From Eledone cirrhosa (Eukaryota): a stretch of DNA of 64,000 nucleotides. The translations under genes were made by a program, and so were the position numbers. Below are positions 22,601 through 37,932 of the stretch, one piece after another (position 1 is the first letter of the stretch; each line of letters starts with the position of its first letter). Below the pieces are notes generated by a model. The model saw only the letters and a program-made list of their open reading frames with translations. It made no database searches and had not been told where the DNA came from. Location: contig OZ024740.1 in the NCBI GenBank assembly GCA_964016885.1, positions 304,730,001-304,794,000 of the forward strand. The letters run 5' to 3'.

Positions 22601-25600
22601 AAACAACAGAAGTGCAAACATACACACATCTACTCATACATATTTATAAATAAGCACATTATACAAAATAGTTATTATATACACACACATCTATGTAATG
22701 ATTGAAGAAGGAAGGGCCTCGTGAAATGCTATAATGATGAATGAGCATTCCAAGATTAGCTACACTTGTGTGAGTGTATGTGTGAGTATGTGTGTTTGTG
22801 TTTATATACTCATACATATAAATGTATACATATGGAGGCACATGGCTTAGTGGTTAGAGCATTGGCCTTGCAATTGTGAGTTCAATTCTCAGACCAGGTG
22901 ATGTGTGCTTCCTTGAGCAAGACACTTTATTTCACATTGCTCCAGTTTACTCAGCTGTAGAAATGAGATGATAGGACTGGGGTCCATATCATTCCACTGC
23001 AAAGTGGTCGTGGAGATGCCATGGCAAAAAAGCACCCAGCACTCACTGTAAATGAGGTTGGTGTTAGGAACGGCATCCAGCTGTAGAAATCAAGCCAGAA
23101 TCAGTTCCCGTCCCACCCTTGCAAGCAGGGAAAAGCAGACATAAAAATGATGATGATATATATATACATATACACACACACAATTGTAATGAATTGTGTG
23201 TGTATGTGTACAGAGACGTGATGAATATCGTTTTAAAGCAAGGTAGAGTAAGGCAACAGTAAAGAAGAGATAATATACAGCTAGAAGAACATCTCTTAAA
23301 TAGCTCCTCTTAATTTTTTCATCTGTGGAGTTTCCATGGGTCACGCTAGCATTTATTTAAATTGGAGTCATTGTAAAACAACAAGACAAAATTGTGGTAG
23401 TGCTCACTTCTCTGTGTTTCTATTTTTCAAAAATGAGAAAATAAAAGATTTTATTGTATGTTGTATTTGGAAATGTTGTATTTGGAAATAAATAAAATTT
23501 TATTCTCAGTTGTATAAATAACATTACAAATGCATAAGTAACATTATAAATTGTTTGCAATTCTTTCAGAAGAATATTAAAAATATAATATCGCTGATAA
23601 ACACAAATATAAACACATAAAAGAGAGAGAGAAAAGATAAAAGAAGAAAAAAATGACACTGAAAGGGGTTAATAAACTATATTGCTCTACTTAAAATGTT
23701 GTTATATTTACAGATTAAAGAAGATCTAATAAATCTTGTTTCCAATACTCAATGTTTTGCTGGAGTCGGATATAATATTGCAAACTGCTTAGGCAAAATG
23801 GGGAAGCAACCAGCTTTTGTTTCTGCTGTGGGTCATGATATTTTTGGCCATTACTTCAAAGAAAGCTGTAAAGATGTTGTAAGTATTGTTTCCCTTAATC
23901 TCTTTTCTGTTAAAGCTAGTGAAAAGCAATAGAATGTACTGTATTTCCCAGCATCGAAGATGCTATTTTTTCCCTAAAATAAATCTTGAAAATCTACCAT
24001 GCCTCTTGGAGGCTGAAAGTTGCATTTCTCATAGGCATATCCTAACCCCAAAGGAAAATTATCTCTAGATTATCTGCTAGACTCCTGTATATGAACTCCT
24101 GTATATGATCTCTCAATGAAGTATATAAATTATACTTAGTTAAAGTAGTAAATAAACAAAAGTATCATAAAAATGTAAAAAATATATACACAATCACAAA
24201 AATTTATTTCCGTATGAGCAGAGTATGGTAGACAAGCTAAATGACGAGTGATATTTTTACATGTGTAATATTGCCAGTATTTTCACTCTCTTCAAACAAC
24301 CTGATTTTAAGGGAACATTATTAAGTGACGGTGAATTGGCAGTATTGGTAGAGGGTTGGACGTCATGCTTTCTAGCATAGTTACGTCCCTTTATGGTCTG
24401 AGTTCAAATCCCGTTGAGGTTAACTTTACCTTTCATCCTTACGGGGTCGATAAAATAAAGTACCAGTAATGTACTGGGTAATTGCTGGCCTTGTGCCTAA
24501 AGTAGAAACAATTATTAAGTGACAAAAGAAATAAAATTGGATGTTAAAAGAGATGACCAGCAAATATTAATAACAAAATTCCACACACACATTGCCTATT
24601 CCAACCCCCCTGTTTATTCCAGCCTCCCCTCTATTATTTGGGACCCAAATGTAGATATGTGAAGATCTATATATCACTTAATAATAATAATAATGAAATT
24701 ATTGTGTACAGTGCTCAGGTGCAATACAACTCATCAAAGGCGCATGCATAGTACAAATCTCAGGAAAGTGAACAGTGTATGAGTCATGATATACATGTGT
24801 GCGTGTGTATGGAGGGGGGGGGGATATCAGGTATAGTGTTGGCGAATTTCAGGAAGCATGGAGGATTTAAAGGATGTAGTGTCTCAGCAGCTAACAACTG
24901 ATGCAGGTAGTTTGTTCCATGCTTTAGAAACTCTGAGCGTGAAAAAATGACTTCTAGTTTTGATTCTACAGTGTGGCTCCTGGAGCAAGTTTCTTTTATC
25001 ATAGTCTTGGATTTAACCAATATTTGTGAGTGAAATCACATAGAAACTGTGTGGATTCCTTCCAGAGGGATTGTACATTTACTTATTGTTTGGTAGACTT
25101 ACTCTGTCACCTGGTTTAACACTTCCACCTGGCTCTTAGATACCTTTAACAAGGTTCACTCTGTTACAAGCATTCAGGCCAGGTCTCTGGTCTGAGGACA
25201 ACATGATGTGTCATGATTTCTTTGTCTCTTTTCCCCAAACACAGAGCCCCTGTAAAAAGTCATGGATACTGCTTTGTCTTCACTAATTAAACTATAAAGT
25301 AAAACCTATTTATCTTCTGTTATGGTCAATTGTAGTTGAACACAAAGCTTATTGTTGACACTTTTGATACCACCCCAGCCAAAAACTGGCTCTGTTTCTA
25401 TGAAACAAAACCACCAATTTTAAAGGATTCCTACATAAAATAATGTTGGAAGATTTAAATTAAAATGTTCCAAATTAATTTTATGTAAGAAAAAATGTTA
25501 AGTTGTTGTCTTATTAATGAAATAATTAATAATTTTAGTAAATCTCTCAAAATTATTCATTAATTATTGAAATAATGTGTATTTCTTTAGAGATGTGGTC

Positions 25601-25621
25601 ACGTAAAGGTTAAATGTGTGC

Positions 25622-25653
<32 letters not shown>

Positions 25654-28600
25654 TAATTAGCAGACAAGCTAATGTCATGAAAATGAATAAAAGACCTTGT
25701 CTTCACTGCTAATTATTAGTAAAACCATTATTAATCTCAAGCTACCCAAATCTTTTTCAATATATTTCCATTACAGGACATAAGCGGTGTGCAGCAAATA
25801 AAGAATCATTCTACTGCTATTTACCAAGGATTCCTTAAAGCCAATGGAGACCTCACAACTTCATTTATTGATCCAGGTTGCCTTAGCTATGTAACACAAC
25901 AGCAGGTTTGTCTTTTCTTTGCCTTTTTTTCTCTTTTCTATCATATGATAGGTGAAGTTAGCATTGTAATATAGCTGACAACAACAACAACAATAACAAG
26001 TGTTTTATGGCCATCTTCCCTCTAAAGCAGGAATTAACTTTGTAGGTTCCATAACAAGTTTCTCTCTTTTCCCTTATCATTTGCATCATTCTACACCAAC
26101 CACATGGTTTTCATTTCATTCTCCATCACCATCATCTTTCTTGGTCTACTTCTACTGCAGCTTCCATCCACTGGCATTTCTTGGCACTTCTTCACCCATC
26201 GATCATCATCTATGTGCATCATATGTCTGTACCAATTTGGTATTCTCTCCTGCACACCACCTCGGATTCCTCTTAAACCCAGTTTCTCCTTCAGATCATC
26301 CAAGCTCTGCCTTTCTCTTACACTTACATTGCACATCCAATGGAGCATGGCTGCTTCATTTCTCTCCAGTCTACATGTCCTCTGCAGTCACAGCCCATAT
26401 TTCACTACCTTGCAGCATTGTACTTCACACACAGGTGTCATACAGATTGATGAAATATCTATAAGTTTTAGCAGAGAGCTGACAATCTTCTAAGCAGTGC
26501 ACCAAATCAGCCTCTATGTCCTCAATCAGCTTGCTAGAAATAACTAGCAAATCTCCTTCAAATTACACATTAACATCTTGAAAAATGAGGTATACATTGG
26601 ATAAGGTTGTCCTACATTTACAGTGCCTCAGAGAAGGATGGGATGGTTATGGCTAGAATAGATTTCATCATAAATTTGCTCAGATTAAACAACAACACTG
26701 ACACTTAAAACATTTTTCTATACACCCTTACAAAATTAGCTATAAATATGCAAATCCCACACATAGCCTCTTCTTGTTCATTCTTCATCCTACTCTCACT
26801 CATCCATGTCCTAGAAAAAATGTATAAGAAAACATGAAATGTTTAGATTCCTTTCATACAATAGATAAAAGTAGGTAGCCAACAAAACTTATAAATGTAA
26901 AACTTAAAATTATTAGTATTGTATCTAAAATTCATTAATTAATTCTCCTAAATATTGCCTAGGTGGATTTTTACTGTATAGTGTATCCTGGACGCCATTT
27001 CCCTCATGTCCACTCCCACTGACACACCTTGCGATGTCAATTTGGTGAGTGAGGGCTCTCACCCCCACCATCCTCATAAATAAAAGCTGCCCCCTCTTCG
27101 CACATATTTCGCCACTACAGTACACACATTCTACCAGAAACATTAGTGGGGCACAATAGACTTAGTGAAGGATTGTTGGCTACTGTTGACGCTGATACGG
27201 AGGATGACTACAAATATCTGTGACAAATAATACAATACAAAATACCAAAGAACCTGTCATGCATGTAAATCTCTGGAGTATCTCCAACCAGTTGGGTGGC
27301 TACTCTACCCCCAATACCTAGGAAAAGAGAAAGATAGCCATGCAACTTCCTCCCCGTCAAGTGTAGGACCTCAGTTTCACCACATTAATTGCTGGAACCA
27401 TGCACTCTTTGTGGAGATGTTAGAGAGGAGAAAAGTAGATGTGTGCTGTGTACAAGAAGTGAGGGAGAGTAGTGGCTTGGCAAAATTCATCACAGGCAAG
27501 GAACATAGGTTCATATTCTTCTGGATGGGTAACAAATATGGAGTGGTGAAGTAGGAATGCTCCTCACTGAGAAATGAGTAGACAAGGTAATTGAGGTAGT
27601 CAGAGTGAGTGATAAAATAATTAAACTTAGACTATCCTTGGGCAATACCACATCCACCATATTATCTGCTTTTGCCCCACAAGTGGGACTTGCCAATGAA
27701 CAAAAATACCATTTCTATGAGGCCTTCCTACAGACTGCCTCAATGACAGATCAGAGTGATCTTATGATCGCAGTTGGTGACTTCAATGGACATGGAGGCA
27801 ACAGGTATGGCACAAGAAATGAAGAGAGGACAAGACATCTGGAGTTCTGTGATGCTCTCAACTTAATGATCTGTAACACAAACTTCAAGAAACCAGCCAA
27901 TCACCAGATTCACCTACTAATCAGGGGTGCATACAAGCCAGATAGACTTCATCCCCACCAGGAAACAAGATAGACAAATGATCGTAAATGCCAAGACCTT
28001 CCCTGGGGAGGAATGTACCTACCAACATAGATTAGTTATCAGTGACCTTAGAGTAAGGGCTAGGTGGACTAAGAGACAAAATCCAGTCTGGAGAAGGAAT
28101 ACTTGGAAGCTGAGAGAAACCTCAGTAGGTAATACATACAGAGAAATCCTCCTTGATACCTATGACAGTAAAGAAGAGAAGTTAGAAACATATAACAGAG
28201 AAAAATTGTGAATTTCTATGTGATAACCTACTGAAAGCCATGAGCCAGGTCTGTGGCCGGAGCAAGGTCCCGTCAAGATGGAGGGTGACATGATGGTGGA
28301 ATGACAAGGCAGAAAGAGCCATTAAAACAAAACGACAAACGTGGAGAAAATGGAGGAACAGAGGAGACAGAAAGTAATACGAGATAGTTTGAAGGGAGAC
28401 CAGGCACCAAATATATCTAGTGAGGGGAGAGGCAGAAAAGAAGTTTGTAAATGTTCTATGAAGATCAGAGACATGAAGTGTTCAGGATTGCGAGACAGTA
28501 TGCTAGAGAAAATTGTGATGTGATTGGAGAAAAGTTTGTACAAAATAATAATGGAGCACTTGCCCTGAATGATGCTGAAGAGAAGGAGGCATGGAAGACA

Positions 28601-31600
28601 TACTATGAGAGACTGCTGAATGAGGAAAATGAATAGGAGAATGATGGCCTACCCCATGCACACCCTACTGAGGGACCAGCCATAAAAGTAGATAGCAGTT
28701 TGATAGATAAAGAAATTAAGGACATGAAGGTAGGGAAGACAGCTGGAGCATCCGGTATAGTCACTGAGATGCTAAAAGCATCTGGTATGGTAGAATATGA
28801 GCTAGTCAGATGAATAGTTAATCAAGTAGCACAGGATAGTGTCATACCCAACAACCAGCACAATAGTATTGTTATAAATTGCTACAAGGGCAAAGGAGAT
28901 GCACTAGAGAGAAGTAACTATAGAGGCATCAAGTTAATGGACCAGGTCATGGAAGTTGCTGAAAGGGTTATAGCATAACTAATCAGAGACAGAATCAAGT
29001 TAGATGAGATGCAGTTTGGATTTATGCTAAGTAGGGGTAAGCATGGACGAACTTAAAGTTGAAAGGCCTAAAAGTAAATTTAGCAAAGACAAAAGTCCTA
29101 ATAAGTAGGAAAGAAGAGGTGATACCATCTGGAAAGTGGTCTTGTTCGATATGTCAGAAAGGAGTGGGCAGAAATTCTATAAGGTTCACTCAATGTAAAC
29201 TATGGACACACAAGAGATGTAATGGGATTTCAGGCAGTCTAACAGAAAATATAGACTTTACATGCAGCAGATCCATTGAGGAAGTGAGCATGTGAAATAG
29301 ATTTCTTCAGCTGTCAGAGGGCTCCATAGAAGTTGCTGACAGCTTTCGTTTCCTAAGTGAACAAATTAGCAGTTAGAGAGGATGTGCTGAAAGTGTGATA
29401 GCTAGGATAAGAACAGGCTGGAAGAAGTTTGGAGATCTATTACTGCTGCTAATAACAAAATGCAATGTTACATGGCAGTGAAACATGGACCTTGACTGCA
29501 GATGACCTGTGGAAGCTAGAAAGAAATGCATCAAGTATTCTCCGATAGATATGTAACGTTAGTGTACATGAGTGATATAGCATAAACAAACTGAGGAAAA
29601 AACTTAGCATAAGAGAAATTGGATGCTGTGTGGAAGAGAGAAGACTGCATTGGTATAGACATATGATGTGCATTGAAGATAACAGCTGCATAAAGAAATG
29701 CAGAGAAACCCCAGTGGTTGGGACCCATAGAATAGGTAAACCCATTAAGACATGGGATGGGATTGTGAAGACCGACCTTAGAAAATTAAACCTCACAACA
29801 TATATAACTTAAAATTGCTAGGGCAGGCACTATGCAGGGCTGAAGAAGACCCAACCTGCAACATACCCTCACTGCACACACCCCATGCCCCTTCCCCCAC
29901 TCACTCATAGCTGTTTCCCCCTTGTGAAGTGGTTAGTAGTGGGAAAGGGCATGAAGCCATGAAGGGTTTGCCAACCAAAGGGTTGGGCGGACCCTTCAGT
30001 TGTGGCAAGGCGTGACAGCCTCCCAAATGTTTAGTGATTTATATGCACATAGTATATGCTATAAAGTGGTTGGTGATAAGGAAGGGCGTCTAGCCATAGA
30101 AAGCTTGCCAAACAAAGAGTCAGGAGGACCTTTCAGTCATGTCAAGGACATGACAGCTTCCCTAATGTTGGTGATCTACACAATAAACGCACCCAGTAGA
30201 TGCTGTAAAGTGGTTGGGGATAGGAAGGGCATCTAACTGTAGAAATCTTGGCAAACAAAGTGTTGGGAGGACCTCAGTTGTGTGAAAGACATGACAACCT
30301 CACCTGTGCACTCAGTAGAATGTGAGACCGTACATAAATGAGACAACAGATCCCTGGCTTGTCTGGGAGATCAGTAGCCACTGATTCAGTACTGACTTGG
30401 TCTATGTAGACCTGTCCAACTCTCGCTAGTAGGGAAAGCAGACATTAAAATGACAGACGGTGATGATAATGATACATAAAACAATTTTAGTAAAACATTA
30501 GAAAATAGCACAAATTTAGTCTATCAAATTATTATCAATAACTAAGTAAAAAATGCCTTTTTTCCTCATTGGTACAAGACCATTAATTATAATTACAAAT
30601 AAGTTGACCCCAGTATATGTTTGATACATATTTTACTCAAGCTGTAAGTATGGAAAACAAAGTTGATTCTTATAAAATTCAAGTTCAAAATATAAAAGGG
30701 ATGAAACTAAATCCTTTAGTCTTGTATTCCATGTATTTAGTTGAAGACAGCCAGCGGTCAGCTGATATTTGTCATCTGCTGCCTAATAGTCTTTGCTCTT
30801 TCCCTTCTTTTTTTCTCATTTATGGCCTTTATAGTCCTTTCCTCTACTTTCCTATACAGTCAGATCTTAATATCTCCTAATACCACCCTTTAAAATAATG
30901 TTTGATAACTGTCAGATTGAAATGTCTTCTCTTAAACCAAATTTTGATTTTTTCTTTTTTCAAAACTTATTTAAATTTTGGAGGCAGAAAAATTAGTGTT
31001 GAAATTTAATTTTGCTTTTATGTTGACATCCTTCTTAGTTCAATTTTACCATTTTCCCTCACTTGCACCAAGTTGATACAATAAGCCCCACTAATTTACT
31101 GACATGAACTAAGAGAGAAATTAGGTATGAGGGATCAGATGCAGTATGCTAGAGAGGAAATTGCGTTGGTATGGTCATGTGATGCATATGAAGGATGACA
31201 GCTGTATAAAAAGGTGCAGGACAATCAAAATTGATGGAAGACTTGGAGTAGGAAGAACCAGGAAAACCTGGGAAGAGGTGGTAAAAGCTGACCTTGCGCA
31301 ACTGAACCTCTCAAAGACAATGACACAGGATCAAGATCTTTGGCGTTATGCAGTAATACAAAAGACACGGCTTCCCTTGCGCATAGACTCAAACATGCAC
31401 CTAGTAGGCACCTCTTAACCACTATACCCCCACCCACCCACCCACTCCTGTCCACACCACCCTTACACTATGAACAAAACATATCTAACCCACACTGTAA
31501 AGTGGTCGTGTAGGTATCACAACAAAAAACATCCAGCCCACACTGTAAAGTGGTGTGTAGGTATCACAACAAAAAGCACACAGTACTCACTATAAAGTGG

Positions 31601-34600
31601 TCATGTAGGAGTCACGACAAAAAGCACCCAGCGCACACTGTAAATGTGGTTGGCATTAAGAAGGGCATCCAACTGTAGAAACCTAGCCAGAAACAGTCCT
31701 ATATGAGCAAGATACAGTCACCTGACCCAACTTACTTCAAATGGGACAACCCATCTAACTCATACCAGCATGGAAAATGGACGTTAAATGATGATTGATT
31801 GATTCAATTGTTTTGTTCCTAGTTAAAAGAAATTATTTAAATATATCAATAAATTGAAAACAAAATATATAAACTGATTGTAAATTTAGTTTACCTGAAG
31901 TATTTCCATGTTTCATATCTGTCACAATTTTCACTGGTTTTTGGCACTTTAACTTGTAAAATAATCAGGAAACCTGAAATAATAGTGTGTCTTTATCTTG
32001 TGTAGATATATTCTATGGAAGAAAAGTTACAGAGAGCTCCACTGGTGTGTATTGATGGCAATATTTCTGAAGATGTAATACTCACTGTGGCAACACTTTG
32101 CAGAAAACATGGTGTTCCAGGTAAGTTAGAAGCAACTGAAGATAGATAAGAATCAGGTTAATAACTATAATAGTTACACTTCTCCACGTTTTTAGAATTG
32201 GGCCAAAGTCTGAAACCATTATTATTATTATTGAGAGCTACTCCTACTGTTGACAGCAAAAGGGTTCTCCCAACGTATAAAAGGACGACTGTGTGTGAAG
32301 TGTAATGCTGCATGGTAGAGGAATATGGGCAGTGACTGCAGAGGACATATGTAGACTGGAGAGAAATGAAGCAACCATGCTTCATTGGATGTGCAATGTA
32401 AATGTGAGCGAAAAGCAGAGTTTGGATGAACTGAAGGAAAAGCTGGGTTTAAGTGGAAGCCGAGGTAGTGTGCAGGAGAGAAGACTGTGTTGGTACGGAC
32501 ATGTGATGTGCATGGATGGTGATCGATGGGTGAAGAGGTGTCAGGAAATTAAATTTGCCTTTCATTCATATGGTGTTGATAAAATAGTATCAATCAAATA
32601 TTGAGGTTGATTTAATCAACTTAGTTCTTCCCCAAAATTTACTAACCTTGTGTTCAATTTAGAAATCAGTATGATGTACAGTAGACCAATCCGACTTATG
32701 CTAGCATGGAAACTGATAATGATGATAATGATTATAGTAATAATATTTATTAATGATGTTCAGGTAGTGGACTTGCGGAAATTACAGAGTGCAGAACAAT
32801 GTTTAGTTTAGTTCTTCAATATTTTAAGTTCAAATACCACCAAATTAGATTTGAATATTCATCTTTTCAAGTACCAGTAATATACTATGAGTCAATAAGT
32901 CCAACTATACCCTTGCTCTATGAATCTGTGACTTTGTGCCAGCATAGGAAATCGATATTACTAGTGTTGTTCTTTAGTAACTTCAATTTGATTCATATGG
33001 TCAGACATCAAACAAAAACTACCATATATACTCGAATATAAGTTGACTCCCTATTTTATGTCTGAGAAATGGACAAAAAAATCCAGACACAATTTATAAG
33101 CCGAAGCAGTTAATCAACACATTATGGCACTGTTTTGAAATTCTCATGAGTGGAGAAAATATTTACGAAGTTTTAATATTTTGATATTTAAAATGTTTTA
33201 AGTGTCATTTAGAGTATAATTTTTGTTTCACAAATCTACTATGTCATGACTTTAGACAGGGAGGAAGAGACAGCAAATGAGAGTGAGAGAGGAGAGGCAG
33301 AGCGAGAAAAAGAAAGAGCGAGAGAAGGGAGAAAGGGAATGAACAAAATATAACAAAACAAGATTGAAAGAAAAAGCATAAAGACACAGAGAAAAACAGT
33401 TGGTGTACATGTGTGTGCATGCATATGTTTATGTGTAAAGGATATTTGTGTATTAAGAAGTTCAATAACAAAAATTTGTTGGGAATGGTCAAGGCACTGC
33501 ATAAAGAAAACTCATGACAATATTCTAAATGTAGGAAAACAGTATTTTATTCTAAAATAATCACTACAGATATTTTAGTACTTTATTTATGTAGAATTTG
33601 AAGTTGGCATAAATTGCTAAAATATTGACCTCAAATATAAGTCGACCCCCATTTTGCCATCGACTTTTTGGTTGTATATTCTTTGGCTTATATTCAAGTA
33701 TATACAGTAAATACCCTAGTACAAGAGGCAAGATTCAGTTTCAATTCCTGGTTGAAGTTATTTCACATATGTTATGGCCTAAAGGTTAAGAACTTCACTT
33801 TATAAGCATTAGGTCATGGCTTCAATCCCACCTTGTCAAATCTTGAGCAAATGGCATTTATCATAGTCTTGGCTCAACCCATACCTTGTGAATGAATCTG
33901 GATAGATGGAAATTGTATAGACGCCCGTTAGATGGACTGTACCTGTAATTTAAAGGGCCAGCTTGTCACACACTGAGGCACGCTGAATCTCCCTGAGAAT
34001 TATGTTAAGTCTGTGGAATGCTCAGTCATTTACATGTCAATTTCATGAGCAGGTTGTTCTATTGATCAAACAATTGGAACTCTCATCATTGAAACTAACA
34101 CAAGTCCACTTCAGGTTGTTATCATCCTTGGGTATGTGATGAATGTCACAATTTCCTATATCTTCTTCCAATGTAAAATTGTGAATTTTTGCCTAGTGAA
34201 AAGAAGTCAATAAGTATGTGTTAAAGTATTGTGTAGACTAGGAGCAGTGTGTTAAGTTTGGTATGTCCTGTATATTAAAGTTAGACTTCTGGTAGGCCAA
34301 GCTAGTGATGTGATTTCAATTCCCATATATTGTCTCACTTAGATCATATCTACATTTTCTTTTTCTTTAAAAATGTAAGGACTTTATAACACATTAAAAT
34401 ATAGCAATATTAAATGAAAATGTCATTCTCCTTTTTTCTATGCAGTATGGTTTGAACCTACAGACACTGACAAAGCCATCCGACCATTCTGTACTGCTGC
34501 CCGAACCATGCTTACCTACATTTCTCCAAACATAGCTGAACTTTGTGTCATTTACCATAATGTCACAAAAAAGGAAGTAGACACTTTTCTGAAGAGCACA

Positions 34601-37600
34601 GGTATAAAATAATATTTCTTCTTTTACTTAAAAAAGCACTAATTCTGAAGAAATAAATCAAAAGAGTGAGAATAAATGAAGTAGAAAATAATGGTTTCTG
34701 ATTTAGGCACAAGGCCAACAATTTTGGGGTAGCGAATGTTGATTAAATCAATCCCAGTGCATTACTGGTACTTTATTTTATCAATTCCACAAGGATGAAA
34801 GGCAAAGTTAACCTCTGAGAAATTTAACTCAAAATGTAAAGGGCCATAACTCTATGCCACAAAGCATGTTGTCCGACACTCTATCAATACTGTCAATCCA
34901 CTGCCAATGAAGTAGAAAAATAATAATGAGGAAAGCAACAAGCTATTAAAATTCTCTAACCTACTTAAATGTCATCTGCTGATGATTTTTGAGAATTGTT
35001 TAATTTAATAGTCATAACTGAATCTATCAAAGAATTAGAGAAGAAATTTCAAAGATAGAAAAAAAACCTAGCAAAGATAAAAGTTTTAGTTAACAGGAAA
35101 GAAGATATGAATCTACAGTCATCTTGGAAATGGCCATGATCGCTCAAGATGCAGAAAAGGAGTAGGCAGGAATTCCATACAGTGCCCCTAATGTAAACTA
35201 TGGATGTACATGAAGTGTAGTGGGGCCATAGGCAGGTCAACTGAGAAGTATATATATATATATATATATATGTAGCAGATGCACAAGAGGATTTAAAAAT
35301 AAAAGAACTTGTGAAATAGATTCTGTCAAATGTTTAGAATGTTTCATATATGATGTTGGGTGCACCCAATATCTTCTTCCATCTTTTACATTTCCCCAAT
35401 ATTGTTTCTGAAGACAAGTTTGGTGCCTCTCACTTCTAGGTTCAAATATTCTGCGGTCAACTTCTCTTTTTATTTTCTCCTGAAATCTTCATTAACCCTT
35501 TCACTCTCTTTCGTGTATCATATCTTTGTCCCTTAACTCTTGAGGGAGTTGTAGGGATGGCATATTGACATATGGCATTTCTAGGGCATTTTTAAATCTG
35601 GCAGAGCCCATTTCCTCTCCAGGTCTGAATACAGCAGATTTCCTCCAGAGAAGGATAAAGTGAGTAAGAGAATGGAAGTGTGAAAGAGTTATAAAAGAAG
35701 AATCGACCCCAGTACTGGTAGTTTTTTTTTATTGACCTTGAATAGATGAAAACAAAGTTGTCCTCAGAAACCCTCTCACTATCATGTTTTTAATCAAGAA
35801 TTTGGAGGGATTTAGTTATATAACTAACATTTTCATTATTAAGTTGGTGTTTGGAACAATTTAACAAAGACTCTTACATAAGATTATGATGAATAACTTT
35901 GTAAATTAGAACCAGGGGCAGCTTCAGACATTTTAGTATTAAAATGGTTAATGTACTGTGAAAAAAATAGGTCAATGTTCTTTGTATTTCAGACTTTTTG
36001 AATGAATCAAATATTGAGATCGTGATTGAGAAATGTACAGAATTGTGTAAAGACCTCATTTCTTTGGTGCCAAATATAATTGTTACCATGGGAGAACTTG
36101 GTGTTTTGATATGTCGCTATGGTGATATATCTTCCAAGTTACCTATCAAAGGTTTGTCAATGGTAAGTATAAAGAATATCTACTGTTATGTCTTAGAATC
36201 ATTTACCATAATGGAAACAAATCAGTAAGCAAATGTAAGAATAATTTATACCTTGTGGTTTACCTGAAAATAGATGCTGAAGAAAAGTATCAATGAGAAG
36301 TTTAAGACTAAAGATATTTTTGAATATATAGCTTCAAATTCTTAATGACCATAAATATGGCTTCAGTAGAATGAGATCTGTTAGAAACTTGCTTTCCTAA
36401 CTTACTCACTAGTGGCCTTTCACATTTGAAAACTTAGGTATAAGTTATATTTTTGCCTTTAATATCAGAAAAGCTTTCAACTATATTTGGTATAGGATCC
36501 ACCTAGCTAAGTTACTCACTTATGGGTTCTGTTTCTCATTTCTTGGATTGAAAGTTTCCTTTTTGTGAACACAGATATGTCTTTTTCAAGCTCATACTCT
36601 TTTTTAATCAGTTCACCTTCCTTAATAGCATCCTTAATATTCCCTCAACCTTCCTTACTTAATAGCATCCTTAATATTCCCTCAACCTTCCTTACATAAT
36701 ATCATCCTTAATATTCCCTCAATCTTACAGATTATAACATCCTTAATACCCCCTTAACATTCTTTACACAATCTAATCATCACACTGGGTATCATTTTTC
36801 AATATTGGCAAGGGACCTAAATGTCATTACAACTCTCTAATTCTTCACTACCATCCTTTCCATGCTCGTTTCATGCTATTTGCTTGGGAAGGTTAGTCTT
36901 CTGTAGTGGAGCAGCAAATTGCCAGTCAACTCAATCCTGTGTTATTGCCATAGGTCAGTCTTTACCACATCAACCCAACTTTTCCTACGTCATCTGCCTC
37001 CATAGGTTCAATCAATTTTGAGTGCCCTGCATTTCTTTATGCAACTGTCAGCCTCTATACACATCACATATCCACACCAGCACAGTTTTCTCCCATGCAT
37101 ACTGCATCTGATCCCTCTTATGTTTGTGGAACAAAATAGAATTGTCTCACAATTAAACAATTGCATGTAGGAATCTGCTGAATGGATGCTAGGAGTTAGG
37201 GTTAACATGCGAATGGGAAATGTTTGCAAAATTATTCATGTCTAAAGTAGAAAAGTTTGTGTGTATGAGAGAAAAGATAAAGAGAGAGAGAATAGCAATA
37301 CAGAAATACACAGGTATTATATTTATGCAAATATCTTTATCAGTGGAATTCAGTTTCTAGAATGATGGTGATGAGTTAGTCAGTTGAGACTTGATACTAT
37401 TTAGTTTGGAATCTCATATTTCTATGTTGCAATTCCAAGGGGATCAAATTTGCTGTTTATTTCTCCAGGACTGATAAAATATAATCTATTTTCCATGTCT
37501 CTATAAACCAAGCTCTGAAGTTAATCTAAAAATAACTACAGTTTGATGTTAAATCTACTACTTGAGCCACTTTTCCTAATCCATAGATTAGCTGTCATTT

Positions 37601-37893
37601 CAACATCTGTTCTTATTTTTTTGGGTTCATTATTTTAACAGAAAGGAAGCATGTTCTGTAATGTGTAACCTCTTTCTTCCTTTTTGTTTGCTTGGTAAGC
37701 ACAAGATATTTTATAAAGATGGGAAGTGAATTGTGACAATCATGCCTCTCAACCTTTTCACTTTAGTACTTTAGTTACTATATTTAACTACAGTCAAGTT
37801 AAAATATCCATAGCTAATTTGTTTTGTGAACAACAACGGTTTAGCTGCTATCCTTATTTTCAGTTGCATGGCTGTTTAATCCTTATCATCATT

Positions 37894-37932
<39 letters not shown>

